Assembly (NCBI GenBank): GCA_965601925.1
Contig: OZ271854.1
Location: 3,040,001-3,104,000, forward strand
DNA length: 64,000 nt
Direction of reading: 5' to 3'
Source: Alkalispirochaeta sp.
GTDB lineage: Bacteria; Spirochaetota; Spirochaetia; DSM-27196; Alkalispirochaetaceae
Both the position numbers and the translations under genes were made by a program. Shown here in pieces: positions 38,338 through 49,128 of the stretch. The notes beneath the pieces were generated by a model, which did not search any database, had not been told where the DNA came from, and was given only the letters and a program-made list of their open reading frames with translations. Within the stretch, counting starts at the first letter, position 1. Every line of letters starts with the position of its first letter.

Positions 38338-39735
38338 CTACCCGAGGCGCTCACGAAAGTCGTGATAGTCCGGCGTGCGCTCGACCGAATGTGTCTGCGA
38401 TACGGAGTTCCACGTCGCAATCGATGGGAGCGCGACACCGTTGAAGGTCGTCGTCTTCACCATCGTGTAGTGGCTCATATCGTCGAATACGATACGGTCG
38501 CCGACGGCCAGCGGCGCGTCGAAACTGTAGTCGCCCATTACATCTCCGGCGAGGCACGTCTGTCCGCCGACGCGGTAGGTGTAGGCGCGTTCTCCCGGCG
38601 CGCCGGCACCCCACACGGTGGGACGGTACGGCATTTCGAGCGTGTCCGGCATGTGCGCCGTCGCCGATGTATCGAGAATCGCAATATCCATTCCGTTGTG
38701 CAACACATCCAGGACGCTCGCCACCAGCACACCGGTGTGAATCGCCACCGCCTCACCCGGTTCGATTACTACCTCGACTCCGTAGTTTCTACGAACGTTA
38801 CGAATCAGCTCCACGAGATGCTCGCGATCGTAGTCCGGCTTAGTGATGAGATGTCCGCCACCCATGTTGAACATGCGAATCTCCGGTTGTCTGAGGAGCC
38901 ACCCGAAGCGCTTCTCCACCGCCGCGAGCACCCGCTCCAGCGCATGCGAATCGCTCTCGCACAGGACGTGCATGTGTACTCCCGTTATTCCTTCAAGCGG
39001 TGCCCCTTTTTTGAAGAGCGATCGGTGATAATACGTACCATCGGTCGGTGCCGCGCTGGGCTCCGAGTGCATCGCCGCTCGGCGAAGTTGGGCGCGTAAC
39101 TCGTCCTCGGTGCTACCCAACCGGGAGTAGGGTGCACTCGGGTCGTAGAGCGCCGTCTCGCCGACGGAGCACTCGGGGTTGATTCGGATTCCGTAGGAGC
39201 GCGCGCTACCGTCGGAAGGGAGGTTGCGGGCCACAGCGCGGTGGCGTAACCACTGATCGAGTGTGTTAAAGACGATGTGGTCCGAAAAGTCGAGGACGTG
39301 GGTGAAGTCGACCTCGGAATAAGCCGGCGCAAAGGTGTGTACCGCAAATCCCGTCGCGTCGCCCGCCACCGCCTCGCGACCCAAGCGCGCCTCGTACACG
39401 CCGCTCGCGCACACCCCGTCGAGGTACGTCCGCACCAAGCCGAACGTAGCCGGCAGGGCGAACGCTTTGAGGGCGAGCAACACGCGGGCGCCGCTTCGGT
39501 CGGCGACATCGCGGAGTATACCCAGATTGTGCTCGACCGCGGCGAGGTCGACGAAGAAGCACGGGCTGGGTAACGCGGCGGGATCGAAGTTGCGAAAGAA
39601 GGGACGCCCGTCGGGATTGTACGGCCTCGGATCGCGGCGCGGATCGGCATTCCGCGCTCGGGCCGCTCCGGTTACGTCCGAGGACGGTGCGGCGCGATGC
39701 ACCGCGGCGGTCCGATCGGCCGGGTCACTACGCAA
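38338..39735 (-). CDS. nspC: Carboxy(nor)spermidine decarboxylase
   Basis: LLALKAF, RINPE..LYDP, HMPDTLEMPY, HYTMVKTTTFNGV; start uncertain. Confidence 0.9.
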   Translation of the reverse strand: MRSDPADRTAAVHRAAPSSDVTGAARARNADPRRDPRPYNPDGRPFFRNFDPAALPSPCFFVDLAAVEHNLGILRDVADRSGARVLLALKAFALPATFGLVRTYLDGVCASGVYEARLGREAVAGDATGFAVHTFAPAYSEVDFTHVLDFSDHIVFNTLDQWLRHRAVARNLPSDGSARSYGIRINPECSVGETALYDPSAPYSRLGSTEDELRAQLRRAAMHSEPSAAPTDGTYYHRSLFKKGAPLEGITGVHMHVLCESDSHALERVLAAVEKRFGWLLRQPEIRMFNMGGGHLITKPDYDREHLVELIRNVRRNYGVEVVIEPGEAVAIHTGVLVASVLDVLHNGMDIAILDTSATAHMPDTLEMPYRPTVWGAGAPGERAYTYRVGGQTCLAGDVMGDYSFDAPLAVGDRIVFDDMSHYTMVKTTTFNGVALPSIATWNSVSQTHSVERTPDYHDFRERLG

Positions 39736-40939
39736 AGTCGGCGATCTCCGCCGGATCCTGTACCGACCAGGGGAGGCCGTACACGTTCAGAGCGGCCATA
39801 AACGGGTCGGGGTCGAACTGTTCCATGTTCCATACTCCGGGGCTCATCCAATCGCCGCGGAGCATCATCATCGCACCGATCATAGCCGGTACCCCGGTAG
39901 TGTAGCTGATCGCCTGGCTACCGACTTCGGCGTACGCCGCCTCGTGGTCGCAGATGTTGTATACGTAGACGCGTCGCGTCCGAGCCTCTTTTGTTCCCTC
40001 GGCGATGACCCCTATGCAGGTACGTCCTCGGGTGCGCGGCCCCAGGCTCGCAGGCTCCGGGAGTACGGCCTTTAGAAACCGAAGGGGTACGATCCGCGTA
40101 CCTTCAAAATCGACCGGTGTAATGGAGGTCATGCCGACGTTCTGCAGCACCTCGAGGTGCGTGAGATAGCGCTCCGAAAAGCTCATCCAGAATCGCGCGG
40201 TGCGAATCGAGGGGATGTGGCGTACCAGACTCTCCAGCTCTTCGTGATACATACGATAGATCGAGTATTCGCCGAGGCCGTCGGGGCAGACGAAGGGGCG
40301 TCGAACGCTCATCGCCGGGGTTTCGACGAAGCGGCCTCCCTCCCAGTGGCGACAGGAGGCCGTGATCTCTCGGATGTTGATTTCGGGGTTGAAGTTGGTG
40401 GCAAAGGGGTGGCCGTGGTCGCCGCCGTTGACGTCGACGATATCGAGGGTATGGATCTCGTCCAACCGGTGTTTGTTGAGCCAGGCGGTAAAGACGTTCG
40501 TCACCCCCGGGTCGAAGCCGCTGCCGAGGAGCGCCATGAGACCGGCCTCGCGAAATCGATCCTCGTAGGCCCACTGCCAAGAGTATTCGAAACGTGCCGT
40601 GTCGGGCGGCTCGTAGTTGGCGGTGTCGAGATAGTGCACGCCGGTAGCGAGACAGGCATCCATGATCGTGAGGTCCTGGTACGGGAGCGCGACATTGATC
40701 ACCAGCTCCGGGCGCACCTCATCAAAGAGCCCGACGAGCTCCTCCACGCGATCGGCGTCGACGCGTCGCGGGAGAATCGTGACCCCCAACCGCTCGTGCA
40801 CGTCCCGGGCGATCTCCTCGCACTTGGAAAGGGTCCGGCTCGCGAGCGTTATCTCGGAAAACACTTCGGGGCACGCCGCGCACTTGTGCGCCACGACTCG
40901 GCCGACACCACCGGCGCCGATAATGAGAACTCGTGCCAT
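39728..40939 (-). CDS. Carboxy(nor)spermidine dehydrogenase (saccharopine dehydrogenase family)
   Basis: IIGAGGVG, ALPYQDLTIMDAC, GFDPGVT, FATNFNPEINIRE. Confidence 0.92.
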   Translation of the reverse strand: MARVLIIGAGGVGRVVAHKCAACPEVFSEITLASRTLSKCEEIARDVHERLGVTILPRRVDADRVEELVGLFDEVRPELVINVALPYQDLTIMDACLATGVHYLDTANYEPPDTARFEYSWQWAYEDRFREAGLMALLGSGFDPGVTNVFTAWLNKHRLDEIHTLDIVDVNGGDHGHPFATNFNPEINIREITASCRHWEGGRFVETPAMSVRRPFVCPDGLGEYSIYRMYHEELESLVRHIPSIRTARFWMSFSERYLTHLEVLQNVGMTSITPVDFEGTRIVPLRFLKAVLPEPASLGPRTRGRTCIGVIAEGTKEARTRRVYVYNICDHEAAYAEVGSQAISYTTGVPAMIGAMMMLRGDWMSPGVWNMEQFDPDPFMAALNVYGLPWSVQDPAEIADFA

Positions 40940-40958
40940 CTCACTCCTCCATATTCAT

Positions 40959-42872
40959 CTATCGTTCGTAGTAGGTGTAGCCGCGCATACTCGCCTCGTA
41001 CGCCTCGAGGATCGCGCGTCGCTGAGGGGCCGAGATACGGCCGCCGCGCACCGCCTCCTCCGCCTTGCGCCGCACGTTCTCGACCAAAGCGCGCGGCTGA
41101 TACTCGACGTAGCTCAACACATCGGCAATCGAGTCACCCTCGATCTCGCGCACGAAATCGAAGCTTCCGTCCCCGTTGATGCGCACGCTTACAACATGGG
41201 TATCGCCCAACAGATTGTGCAGATCGCCCAGCGTCTCCTGGTACGCCCCGACGAGGAAGACTCCCAGATAGTACTCCTCGTCCGAGCGTAACTCGTGAAG
41301 CGGAAGTGCCTTGCGCACATCGTGCTCGTTGGCGAACGTATCGATCTTGCCGTCGGAGTCGCAGGTAATGTCCGCGAGAATCGCGCGTCGCTGCGGCGCC
41401 TCGTCGAGACGGTGAATCGGCATTACCGGAAAGATCTGATCGATCGCCCACACGTCGGGCAAGCTCTGGAAGACCGAAAAGTTACCGTAGTAGATGTCGT
41501 AGATCGCGTCACTCAAGCCCTCGAGTTCCCGCGGTACGCGCTTCATATTCGACAGGAGCTCCGAGATCCCGTGAATGATGTCGAGGAACAAGTTCTCCGC
41601 GACGGCGCGTTGGCGAAGTGTGACGTTACCGTGTTGAAAGTCCTCGCGCACCTCGCCGCGATAATACACCGCGTCGTTGTAGCACTCCTGAATGTTGCGT
41701 ATCGAGACGGTGTTGCGGACCTCGTATAGATTGCGAATGTTCTCCGGCGCGTCCGGCGCCGGCGCGTCCGGTATCGGGCCGGGCCGGGACTCGGTCGCGT
41801 CCAGGATGTTGAACAGGAGGATCGACGAGTACGCCACCGTAGCGCGGCCGCTCTCGGTGATGATCGTCGGGTGGTCGATGATCTTTTCGTCGAAGACCGA
41901 TACGAGTACCTCGGCGACGTCCAACGTATACTCGTCCAGGGTGTAGTTTTTGCTGTGAACGAAGTTCGTCTGGCTCCCGTCGTAATCCACCGCGAGTCCA
42001 CCGCCCAGATCGAGATATCCCATGGGCGCACCTTCGGCTACGAGGTCGGCGTAGACGTAGGCGGTCTCGCGAACCGCCGAACGGACATCGCGAATGTTGG
42101 GGATCTGGCTCCCGAGGTGGTAGTGGAGGAGATGCAGACTATCGAGCATGCCGTGCTCTCTGAGCGCGTCGACCACCTCCACGACCTGTCCCGTGTTCAG
42201 TCCGAAGAGCGAGTTGTCGCCGCCCGAGTCCTGCCAGTGGCCTCCGGCGCGGCTTGCGAGCTTAATCCTTACACCGACGAGCGGTTTGATGCCGAGCGCC
42301 GCACTCCGTTCCAGAATGATGGGTAGCTCCGTCGGCGTCTCGATGACGAAGAATACCTTGTAGCCCATTCGGATCGTTTGGAGTCCCAGGTCGATGAACT
42401 CCGGGTCCTTGTATCCGTTGCAGACGATGAGACTCTCGGGCGACTGAATCATGGAGAGGGCGATCAAGAGCTCCGCCTTGCTGCCCGCTTCCAGCCCGTG
42501 GTTGTAGCGTTTGCCGAAACCGGCAATCTCCTCGATCACTTGCGCCTGCTGATTCACCTTAATGGGAAATACGCCCTGATAGGTCCCGCGGTAACCGGTC
42601 TCCGCCATCGCGGCCTCGAAACTCTCGTTGAGGCGCGCTATCTGCTGATCCAGGAGATTCTCTACGCGCAGGAGGACGGGCATGCCCAACCCGCGCTCCT
42701 CGATCCCGCGGATGATGTCCATGAGGCTTACCTCCGCCTCGCCGCGGTCTGTTTTTGCTCGAACCACGACCTCTCCGGTCGGTGAAAGATCGAAGTATCC
42801 GGCGCCCCACTCCTTGATACCGTACGTATTGACCGAGTCGGCGACGGTCCAGCGTTTCAGCATGTCGTGCAT
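40959..42872 (-). CDS. speA: Biosynthetic arginine decarboxylase
   Basis: FPIKVNQ, GLEAGSKAEL, HYHLGSQI, DLGGGLAVDYDG, TCDSDG, GAYQETLGDLHNL. Confidence 0.95.
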   Translation of the reverse strand: MHDMLKRWTVADSVNTYGIKEWGAGYFDLSPTGEVVVRAKTDRGEAEVSLMDIIRGIEERGLGMPVLLRVENLLDQQIARLNESFEAAMAETGYRGTYQGVFPIKVNQQAQVIEEIAGFGKRYNHGLEAGSKAELLIALSMIQSPESLIVCNGYKDPEFIDLGLQTIRMGYKVFFVIETPTELPIILERSAALGIKPLVGVRIKLASRAGGHWQDSGGDNSLFGLNTGQVVEVVDALREHGMLDSLHLLHYHLGSQIPNIRDVRSAVRETAYVYADLVAEGAPMGYLDLGGGLAVDYDGSQTNFVHSKNYTLDEYTLDVAEVLVSVFDEKIIDHPTIITESGRATVAYSSILLFNILDATESRPGPIPDAPAPDAPENIRNLYEVRNTVSIRNIQECYNDAVYYRGEVREDFQHGNVTLRQRAVAENLFLDIIHGISELLSNMKRVPRELEGLSDAIYDIYYGNFSVFQSLPDVWAIDQIFPVMPIHRLDEAPQRRAILADITCDSDGKIDTFANEHDVRKALPLHELRSDEEYYLGVFLVGAYQETLGDLHNLLGDTHVVSVRINGDGSFDFVREIEGDSIADVLSYVEYQPRALVENVRRKAEEAVRGGRISAPQRRAILEAYEASMRGYTYYER

Positions 42873-42993
42873 TTCCGGGGCAGAATACCCGACAACAAAG
42901 GGGGTGTAAATCGTATGTCGATCCGGTCAATTACGTACGGCGCAAACGACGGTTCCGGCTGCGGCGCCTTCTCCGTCGTCTACGCACGGCGAG

Positions 42994-43845
42994 TTATCCT
43001 TTGAGCGATCCCGAGGTAACTCCCCTGATAATGAATCGTTGAAGCATAAGGAAAAAGACCACGATCGGCAGCACTCCCATCGTGAGGGTTGCGAGTGCGT
43101 AGTCCCAGCGATCGGTGTACTGGCCGAAGAAGCTGAAGATCGCCAGGGGAATCGTCTTGAGGCGCTCCTCGAAGAGAACCAGGAGGGGGAGGAGAAAGTC
43201 GTTCCAGATCCAAAAGGCCTGTAAAATCGTGACCGTCGCCAACATCGAGCGCAACAGCGGCAGGACGATAAACCAAAACGTCGTCAGCGTACCGGCGCCG
43301 TCCAGGTAGGCGGACTCCTCGACTTCGACGGGAACCGTTTTGGAAAAGCCGTGCAACAGGAACACGGTGAACGGCATACCGAATCCGAGATAGATGATGA
43401 CGAGCCCGAGCCTACTGTTGAGCAATCCCAACGTGCTGGTGACCTTCATCATAGGGATCATCACCGATTGAAAGGGCACAACCATCGCTACGACAAACGT
43501 GCCGAAGATGATTTTGCTGACCCGGTGCGGCCGCCGAACCAGACGCCACGCGGCCATGGCACCCAATAACACCATACCGATGAGGCTCGCGGTAGTGATG
43601 ACGACCGAGTTGAAGAACGCCTGAATGAAGTTCGTCGTGCGAAAGGCGATGAGGTAGTTTTCAAGAAGAAAGCCTTCCGGAAGGGCGGCGGCGTTGCGAA
43701 GAATTTCACCGTAGCTCTTCACGGAGTTTACCACGACGAAGTAGAACGGAAAGAGAAACACGATCGCCAGGACTCCGGTAACGAGAGAGAGCGTCGCCAA
43801 CCGGATCGAAGGCGAGCGTCCGGTGCGTACCATCGCCGTGTTCAC
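42994..43845 (-). CDS. Carbohydrate ABC transporter permease (MalG-like)
   Basis: EESAYLDGA EAA motif, WNDFLLPL, ends GSLKG. Confidence 0.92.
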   Translation of the reverse strand: MNTAMVRTGRSPSIRLATLSLVTGVLAIVFLFPFYFVVVNSVKSYGEILRNAAALPEGFLLENYLIAFRTTNFIQAFFNSVVITTASLIGMVLLGAMAAWRLVRRPHRVSKIIFGTFVVAMVVPFQSVMIPMMKVTSTLGLLNSRLGLVIIYLGFGMPFTVFLLHGFSKTVPVEVEESAYLDGAGTLTTFWFIVLPLLRSMLATVTILQAFWIWNDFLLPLLVLFEERLKTIPLAIFSFFGQYTDRWDYALATLTMGVLPIVVFFLMLQRFIIRGVTSGSLKG

Positions 43846-44723
43846 GCCTCGATCTCCAATCGTTTGGTAAGCGACACCTGTACGATGGTAAAGATGCCGA
43901 CGACGATAAAGAAGAGAATCGCCTTTGCAGCGCCGAGCCCGTAGTTATTGAACTGAAACGCCTCGTAGTAAATGTTCAGGGCAAACGCCTCGGTGGAGTT
44001 GAAGGGGCCGCCGTCGGTGAGCGAAAAGATAACGTCGAAGATCTTCGTCGCCCACGAGAGCATGAGAAACAGACAGATCGTGATCGCCGGTGTTATGAGC
44101 GGCAGAATGATCCGGGCGAACATGTGCAGAGGCCCGGCGCCGTCGATGCGTGCCGACTCCAGAAGGTGGTCGTCGATGCTGACGATCGCCGCGATGTACA
44201 CCACCATGAGATAGCCGGCGGTCTTCCAGGTGAACACGATTACCGTCGCCCAGAATCCGGTAAAGGGGTCGCCGAGCCAGGGTAACTCGAAGAACGGCGC
44301 CGGAAACACCTCGGCGATCGCCGGCATACCGCTGGTGAAGATGAACCGCCAAATGAAGCCGAGAATGATGCCGCCGATCACATTCGGTAAGAAGAAGATC
44401 GCCCGGTAGGCGTTGGCCGCACGCATGGGCTGGGTGACGACCAACGCGAGGGCGAGACCGGCCACGTTGGAGAGGATCACGCTGGTCACGGTGAATCGGA
44501 GCGTGAACCACGCCGAAGCGCCGGCTTGCGGATCGTCGGTGAAGATGGTGCGAAAGTTCTCAAGACCGATCCAGATCGCGCGTCGACTAACGCCGTTCCA
44601 TTCCGTAAAGGCGTAGTAGATTCCCAAAAAGAACGATGTCGCGACGATTACGGTGAAAAAGACCACCGCAGGTCCTACGAAGACCACGTCGTCGACGAGC
44701 TCTTGCATTCTGTTTTTAACCAT
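43842..44723 (-). CDS. Carbohydrate ABC transporter permease (MalF-like)
   Basis: GLENF, ESARIDGA, LTDGGP; start 44723 or GTG 44762. Confidence 0.92.
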   Translation of the reverse strand: MVKNRMQELVDDVVFVGPAVVFFTVIVATSFFLGIYYAFTEWNGVSRRAIWIGLENFRTIFTDDPQAGASAWFTLRFTVTSVILSNVAGLALALVVTQPMRAANAYRAIFFLPNVIGGIILGFIWRFIFTSGMPAIAEVFPAPFFELPWLGDPFTGFWATVIVFTWKTAGYLMVVYIAAIVSIDDHLLESARIDGAGPLHMFARIILPLITPAITICLFLMLSWATKIFDVIFSLTDGGPFNSTEAFALNIYYEAFQFNNYGLGAAKAILFFIVVGIFTIVQVSLTKRLEIEA

Positions 44724-44813
44724 CTTTCCGTAGCTCCCGATGTCCGCAGTACGGCCGGTCACGAAGCCGCCGCGAGAGCGGCGCTCCGTGAGACCGTACG
44801 ATATGTGCCGTCG

Positions 44814-46076
44814 TTACTGGCTGAGTCGCTGCCACTGAGCATCAAACTCTTCGAGCGTCTCATCCCAACTTTGCTGACCGCCGATGTAGGCTTGAATGTT
44901 ATTCGCGAACTCTTGCGGCATACCGTCCGGGAACCGTCCGAACACCCACGGGATCGCACGATCTTCCGCGGCGGCGGCCAACAGGTCGCGACTTACTCCA
45001 CCGAGCCCCGTTCCCTCAATGTCGCTGTAGGCGGGAATGAAGCCGAACTCCTCTACCAGGAAGCGTTGTCCCGTTTCGGAGCTTACCAACCAGTTGAGGA
45101 ACTCTCGAGCGACCTCTTGATCACGCGCAGGCGACGCCCCGTTCACGACGAAGTAGAAGGGAACGCCGATGGGGATGCGGTTGGCTTGCTCGGGGTCGTT
45201 GGTGAGCGGCAGCGGCAACACTCCGAACTCCATATCGGGGTCCGCGGCGATGATGTCGAGCTCTTTCCAGTTGCCCTGCTGGATCATCGCAACATCGCGA
45301 TTGACGAAAAACTGTACCTGCATGCGGTTGTCGGTGGTTAGGGGATTGCGCTCACCGTAGCGAACATTCAGATCGATGAGACGCTGAAGGTCCGCGAACA
45401 GCGGGTTCCCCGCCATCGACTCGGTACCGGCGTTAAGTCCGTCGACGAACGCCTGGGGATCCGGCTGCATCGCAAAGGCGGCGTTTACCAGGTGGAGCCC
45501 CATTACCCACCACTCGCCGTACCCGGTGCCGAAGGCGGTGTGTCCGGCCGACTCAAGGGCACGCGCAGTCTCCTCCAGTTCGTCGAACGTCCGCGGCAGC
45601 TCGCCGATGCCGGCCTCCTCGAACAGCGCTTCGTTGTAGATATAGCCGTACCCTTCGAGGTTCACCGGCATTCCCATGATCGCGTCGCCCATGCGCAAAC
45701 CGTCTCGGGCAAAGGGAATCGCCCGATCGACCCACGGTTCGTCGCTGAGATCCGTCAGATACTCCTCAAATACGACCGCTTGTCCCGGCCCCTCGACGAT
45801 GAAGATATCCGGCGCCGCGTCGGCGGCAAACTTGTTCTTGAGAATCGTCATCCATTGGGCACCGCCGCCGCGGATCTCGTTGTTGAAGACCACATCGGGG
45901 TTTTCTTCGGTGTAGATATCGGTGAGGGCGTTCCACTGGTTGATGATGTTGACCTTGAAATGAAAGACGTGTAGCTCGATCGCATCACCCTCTCCGGAGA
46001 CCTCTCCTTGGCCGCCGGCGAACCCGGTCACTGCAATCGACACCATGAGTGCCGACGCTATCCAGGACTTTTTCAT
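44814..46076 (-). CDS. Carbohydrate ABC transporter substrate-binding protein
   Basis: MKKSW..FAGGQGE signal after AAGGAGG; APDIF, YIYNEALFEEAGI..PRTFDEL. Confidence 0.92.
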   Translation of the reverse strand: MKKSWIASALMVSIAVTGFAGGQGEVSGEGDAIELHVFHFKVNIINQWNALTDIYTEENPDVVFNNEIRGGGAQWMTILKNKFAADAAPDIFIVEGPGQAVVFEEYLTDLSDEPWVDRAIPFARDGLRMGDAIMGMPVNLEGYGYIYNEALFEEAGIGELPRTFDELEETARALESAGHTAFGTGYGEWWVMGLHLVNAAFAMQPDPQAFVDGLNAGTESMAGNPLFADLQRLIDLNVRYGERNPLTTDNRMQVQFFVNRDVAMIQQGNWKELDIIAADPDMEFGVLPLPLTNDPEQANRIPIGVPFYFVVNGASPARDQEVAREFLNWLVSSETGQRFLVEEFGFIPAYSDIEGTGLGGVSRDLLAAAAEDRAIPWVFGRFPDGMPQEFANNIQAYIGGQQSWDETLEEFDAQWQRLSQ

Positions 46077-46204
46077 ACATTCCTCCTTGCAAGGATATGG
46101 ACGTGCCCACCGATTCGTTCGTACGAGCGGATCGGGGGAGCCGTACTCACGGGAAGACCGCATTCCGTCCGGCGCGGTCGTCCCGTCCCGTTTCATCGCC
46201 TCCG

Positions 46205-47749
46205 TTACACCTCCTTCGCCGACTCGTTCGTCACCCAAATGGGAGAGGACCACGCGCCGTGCCCGTTCTTTTGTATAACTCTCACGTAATACACATCTTC
46301 CGCCCCTTCGGCTTCCGTCTCGTCGCGCCACCGGAACTCGGCGGTGTAGTCCGCCTCTCGTACGAAACGGTGAATCTTGAGCGCCGGCGAAACGAATCCC
46401 GCGGTATAGTGGGTGCGGGCGCCGCCCGCGAGCTCTCCGAGCGTTGCGCTCGCTGCGATCCCGTCGGCTTCGACCTCGATCGTATCTTCCGGACGCCCTT
46501 CAAGCTCCAGAGAGATCGCCTGTGTTTGACTGCTCGTCGTTGTGGCGTTCCCGAAGGTCATGGTGCTCACGGTAACCGTATCACCGTCATGGGACCAACG
46601 AGAGAACGCGTAGGGACCGTCCGTCGTATCCAGAGGGTCGACGACGTCGCGGCCGCGGAAGCGCGGTTCCACCGCTATGATCGACGCCGAGGGTGAGCGA
46701 ATCTTCACGTTCCACTCTACCTCCTCGCCCTTCTGCCCCCATCCGAACTCGACCGCGAGCTTTCCACGAACGGTTCTGCCCGAGCCTCCGACCTCGGAAC
46801 GGTGGGTGTAGCGGTGTACGGCGCGAGCGTTCTTCACGATCTCGATGTGGTCTATGGCGCCGCCGCCCACGGCCCTTACTTCGATCAGACGCTCGGCCGA
46901 AGCGGCAATAACGCTCCCGAGTGGCGCACCGTTTAGGGAGAATGCGAGGTGAATGCGGTCGCCGCTCACCGCGTACGTGCGTCGCGAGAGGATCGCCTCC
47001 CAGAGAGACTCTCTGGTGAGCGACTCGGCCCACACCGCCGTCTTGCCGTATCCGAAACTGCCGGGGTGCGCCGAGTGGTGGTCGGTAGAACCGACGACGC
47101 CGAAGTGTAGGCCCCGCTTGAGGCCGCCGACCATCGTGTTGCCGCCGTCCAGGGGCCCCATGGTATGGAGATACGGAAAGGTACCGTCGTCGGACTCCGC
47201 GAGGCCGTGCATGGAGACGATCTCGACTACCGGCGACGCCCGGTTCGTCACGCTCTCCCAGTCGACGCCTCGGTAGCCCGTTGCGTAGCCGATATGGTGG
47301 GGGAGTAGCAGGTATCCGTCGCGCCGCGCGTCGCAATCGCGAAGCATCGTACCGAACGCCTGGGGTGTATCGGGCGCTTCGGACAGCGACAACGGATAGG
47401 GGGAGACGACCGTTCGGTCGCCGTGGCGAAAGGAATGGATCTCGTAGCCGAAGAAGGTCTCGAACGAGTCGGGGACGCGCTCCCCCTCGGTCGTAGCGAG
47501 ATAGCGACGCCAGTTATCGCGCAGTTTTGCGAACCCGCTGCGGTGGTAATCGACCACCGCCGGCGGCATCGGCTTGTCGAGGATGTCGGGCCACGCCCCG
47601 TGTCCGGTAACGCTCGCAAAGTCCAACTGGACGCGTGCGTTCCGGTACGCCTCTTCCAACGACCCGTGTCCGTAGCTAATGTCGCAGTGGTTATGCAGAT
47701 CGCCGTAGTAGACCGCACGCACCCCATAAAAGTCTCGCTCGCTCTTCAT
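46205..47749 (-). CDS. PHP-like metallohydrolase (DUF3604/CehA-McbA-like)
   Basis: YGDLHNHC, DFASVTGH, PHH, GSTDHHS, RRTYAVSG, C-terminal YYVRV..AWSSPIWV; ATGA overlap with the sulfatase. Confidence 0.7.
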   Translation of the reverse strand: MKSERDFYGVRAVYYGDLHNHCDISYGHGSLEEAYRNARVQLDFASVTGHGAWPDILDKPMPPAVVDYHRSGFAKLRDNWRRYLATTEGERVPDSFETFFGYEIHSFRHGDRTVVSPYPLSLSEAPDTPQAFGTMLRDCDARRDGYLLLPHHIGYATGYRGVDWESVTNRASPVVEIVSMHGLAESDDGTFPYLHTMGPLDGGNTMVGGLKRGLHFGVVGSTDHHSAHPGSFGYGKTAVWAESLTRESLWEAILSRRTYAVSGDRIHLAFSLNGAPLGSVIAASAERLIEVRAVGGGAIDHIEIVKNARAVHRYTHRSEVGGSGRTVRGKLAVEFGWGQKGEEVEWNVKIRSPSASIIAVEPRFRGRDVVDPLDTTDGPYAFSRWSHDGDTVTVSTMTFGNATTTSSQTQAISLELEGRPEDTIEVEADGIAASATLGELAGGARTHYTAGFVSPALKIHRFVREADYTAEFRWRDETEAEGAEDVYYVRVIQKNGHGAWSSPIWVTNESAKEV

Positions 47750-49128
47750 TCGGCGCCCCCGCGCGCGCGCCCGTCGGTCCGGCGCATCGAGTCGGCGCTG
47801 GTAGAGGAGTACGCGCTCCGATCGGCGACGGCGGCACCGGCCGGGGCGGGAATCGGTCCGTCCAGAAGCGGATCCCCTGTGGACGCCATCCATCGCCGTA
47901 GGGTTTCTTCCAGCGTGTCCCGCGTCTCTCGAGCGTATCGTTCGCCGACTACGTTGCGATTCTGCAGCGGGTCCGACCACAGGTCGTAGAGCGCGGTCCG
48001 GGGAGGAACGAGAGACTCCAACGCCGCCGGATCGCGATACACCGCCTCTTTGGAAGGTGAATCGCCGACATTCGCGAGCACCGGCTGCGACGATTCGTAG
48101 TGTTCCACGTAGTGATACCGTCCGTCGAAGATCGATCGCGCCGGGTCGTACGCGACGTGATAGTTGCTTTCGGCGAAACTGAATCCTCGTACGGATCGCG
48201 TCGGCGAATCCCACAGCGGGAGAAGCGACCTCCCGTCCCACGGGCGATGCTCGTCGGTATCGCCGCTCCGGCCGAGGATATCGAAGAGCGTAGGAACGAG
48301 GTCGATGGTGCTCACCGGTTCCCTCACCACGATACCCGCGGCCTGTCCGGGGAGACGGATGATCAAATGGACTCCCAGCCCCCCGCCGCTCAACGTGCAC
48401 TTATAGCGTGGAAAGTCGATCCCGTGGTCGCTGGTGATAATGATCACCGTATCGGCGTCGCGTCCCGAACGATTCGTCGCATCCAGGACGCGCCCGATGT
48501 GGGCATCGGCGGTGCCGACGGAGGCAACGAAGTCGGCGTAGTCGTTTCGCACCTCGACCGTACTTGGGAGGCCTGGCGGCACGAAGAGGCGATCCGCATC
48601 GATGTCGGCGTGTGTTTGAAACGGGCGATGCGGACCGTACAGTCCGAAAAAGAGAAACCACGGTGTCGAACCGGAGTCGCGGCGAAGAAAGCGGCACACG
48701 GCGTCGGTATTGCGCCGATCCCACGGGAGCGGATCGAAGCGGTCGCCGTATGGAGCTTGTGGATCTTCGCCGAGGATCGCGCGATACCCCAACGTCCGAT
48801 GGTCCGGCACCTCGTGCTGCACACCGGAGAGATAGGTGCGATACCCGACGGCGGCGAGGGCGCGAGAGAGATGTGCATCGACGTCTCGAAGTGAGAAGCC
48901 CAGGTGCGCCAAGCCGAGCATTCCGACGTCGTGCGGGTACCTTCCCGTAAGAAGCGCCGCCCGGCTGGGAGAGCACGTCGGTGCACACGACCAGGCGTTG
49001 GTAAAGAGTGTGGCGGTGCGGGAAAACCTCTCTATCGAGGGGGTGGGGGTTGCCCACCCGTACGCCGTCGAATGTCTACCGAGATCGTGGGCGTGAATGA
49101 CCATGATGTTCGGCCGTGCTCCGCTCAC
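47746..49128 (-). CDS. Cys-type (formylglycine) sulfatase, cytoplasmic
   Basis: PNIMVIHAHDLG, CSPSRAALLTGRYP, TSDHG; no signal peptide. Confidence 0.92.
   Translation of the reverse strand: MSGARPNIMVIHAHDLGRHSTAYGWATPTPSIERFSRTATLFTNAWSCAPTCSPSRAALLTGRYPHDVGMLGLAHLGFSLRDVDAHLSRALAAVGYRTYLSGVQHEVPDHRTLGYRAILGEDPQAPYGDRFDPLPWDRRNTDAVCRFLRRDSGSTPWFLFFGLYGPHRPFQTHADIDADRLFVPPGLPSTVEVRNDYADFVASVGTADAHIGRVLDATNRSGRDADTVIIITSDHGIDFPRYKCTLSGGGLGVHLIIRLPGQAAGIVVREPVSTIDLVPTLFDILGRSGDTDEHRPWDGRSLLPLWDSPTRSVRGFSFAESNYHVAYDPARSIFDGRYHYVEHYESSQPVLANVGDSPSKEAVYRDPAALESLVPPRTALYDLWSDPLQNRNVVGERYARETRDTLEETLRRWMASTGDPLLDGPIPAPAGAAVADRSAYSSTSADSMRRTDGRARGGAE

Noticed and set aside
47750..48400. 217-aa N-terminal extension of the 46205..48400 ORF
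   Set aside because: It overlaps the sulfatase in another frame and is Arg/Pro-rich; the true start is the coupled ATG at 47749
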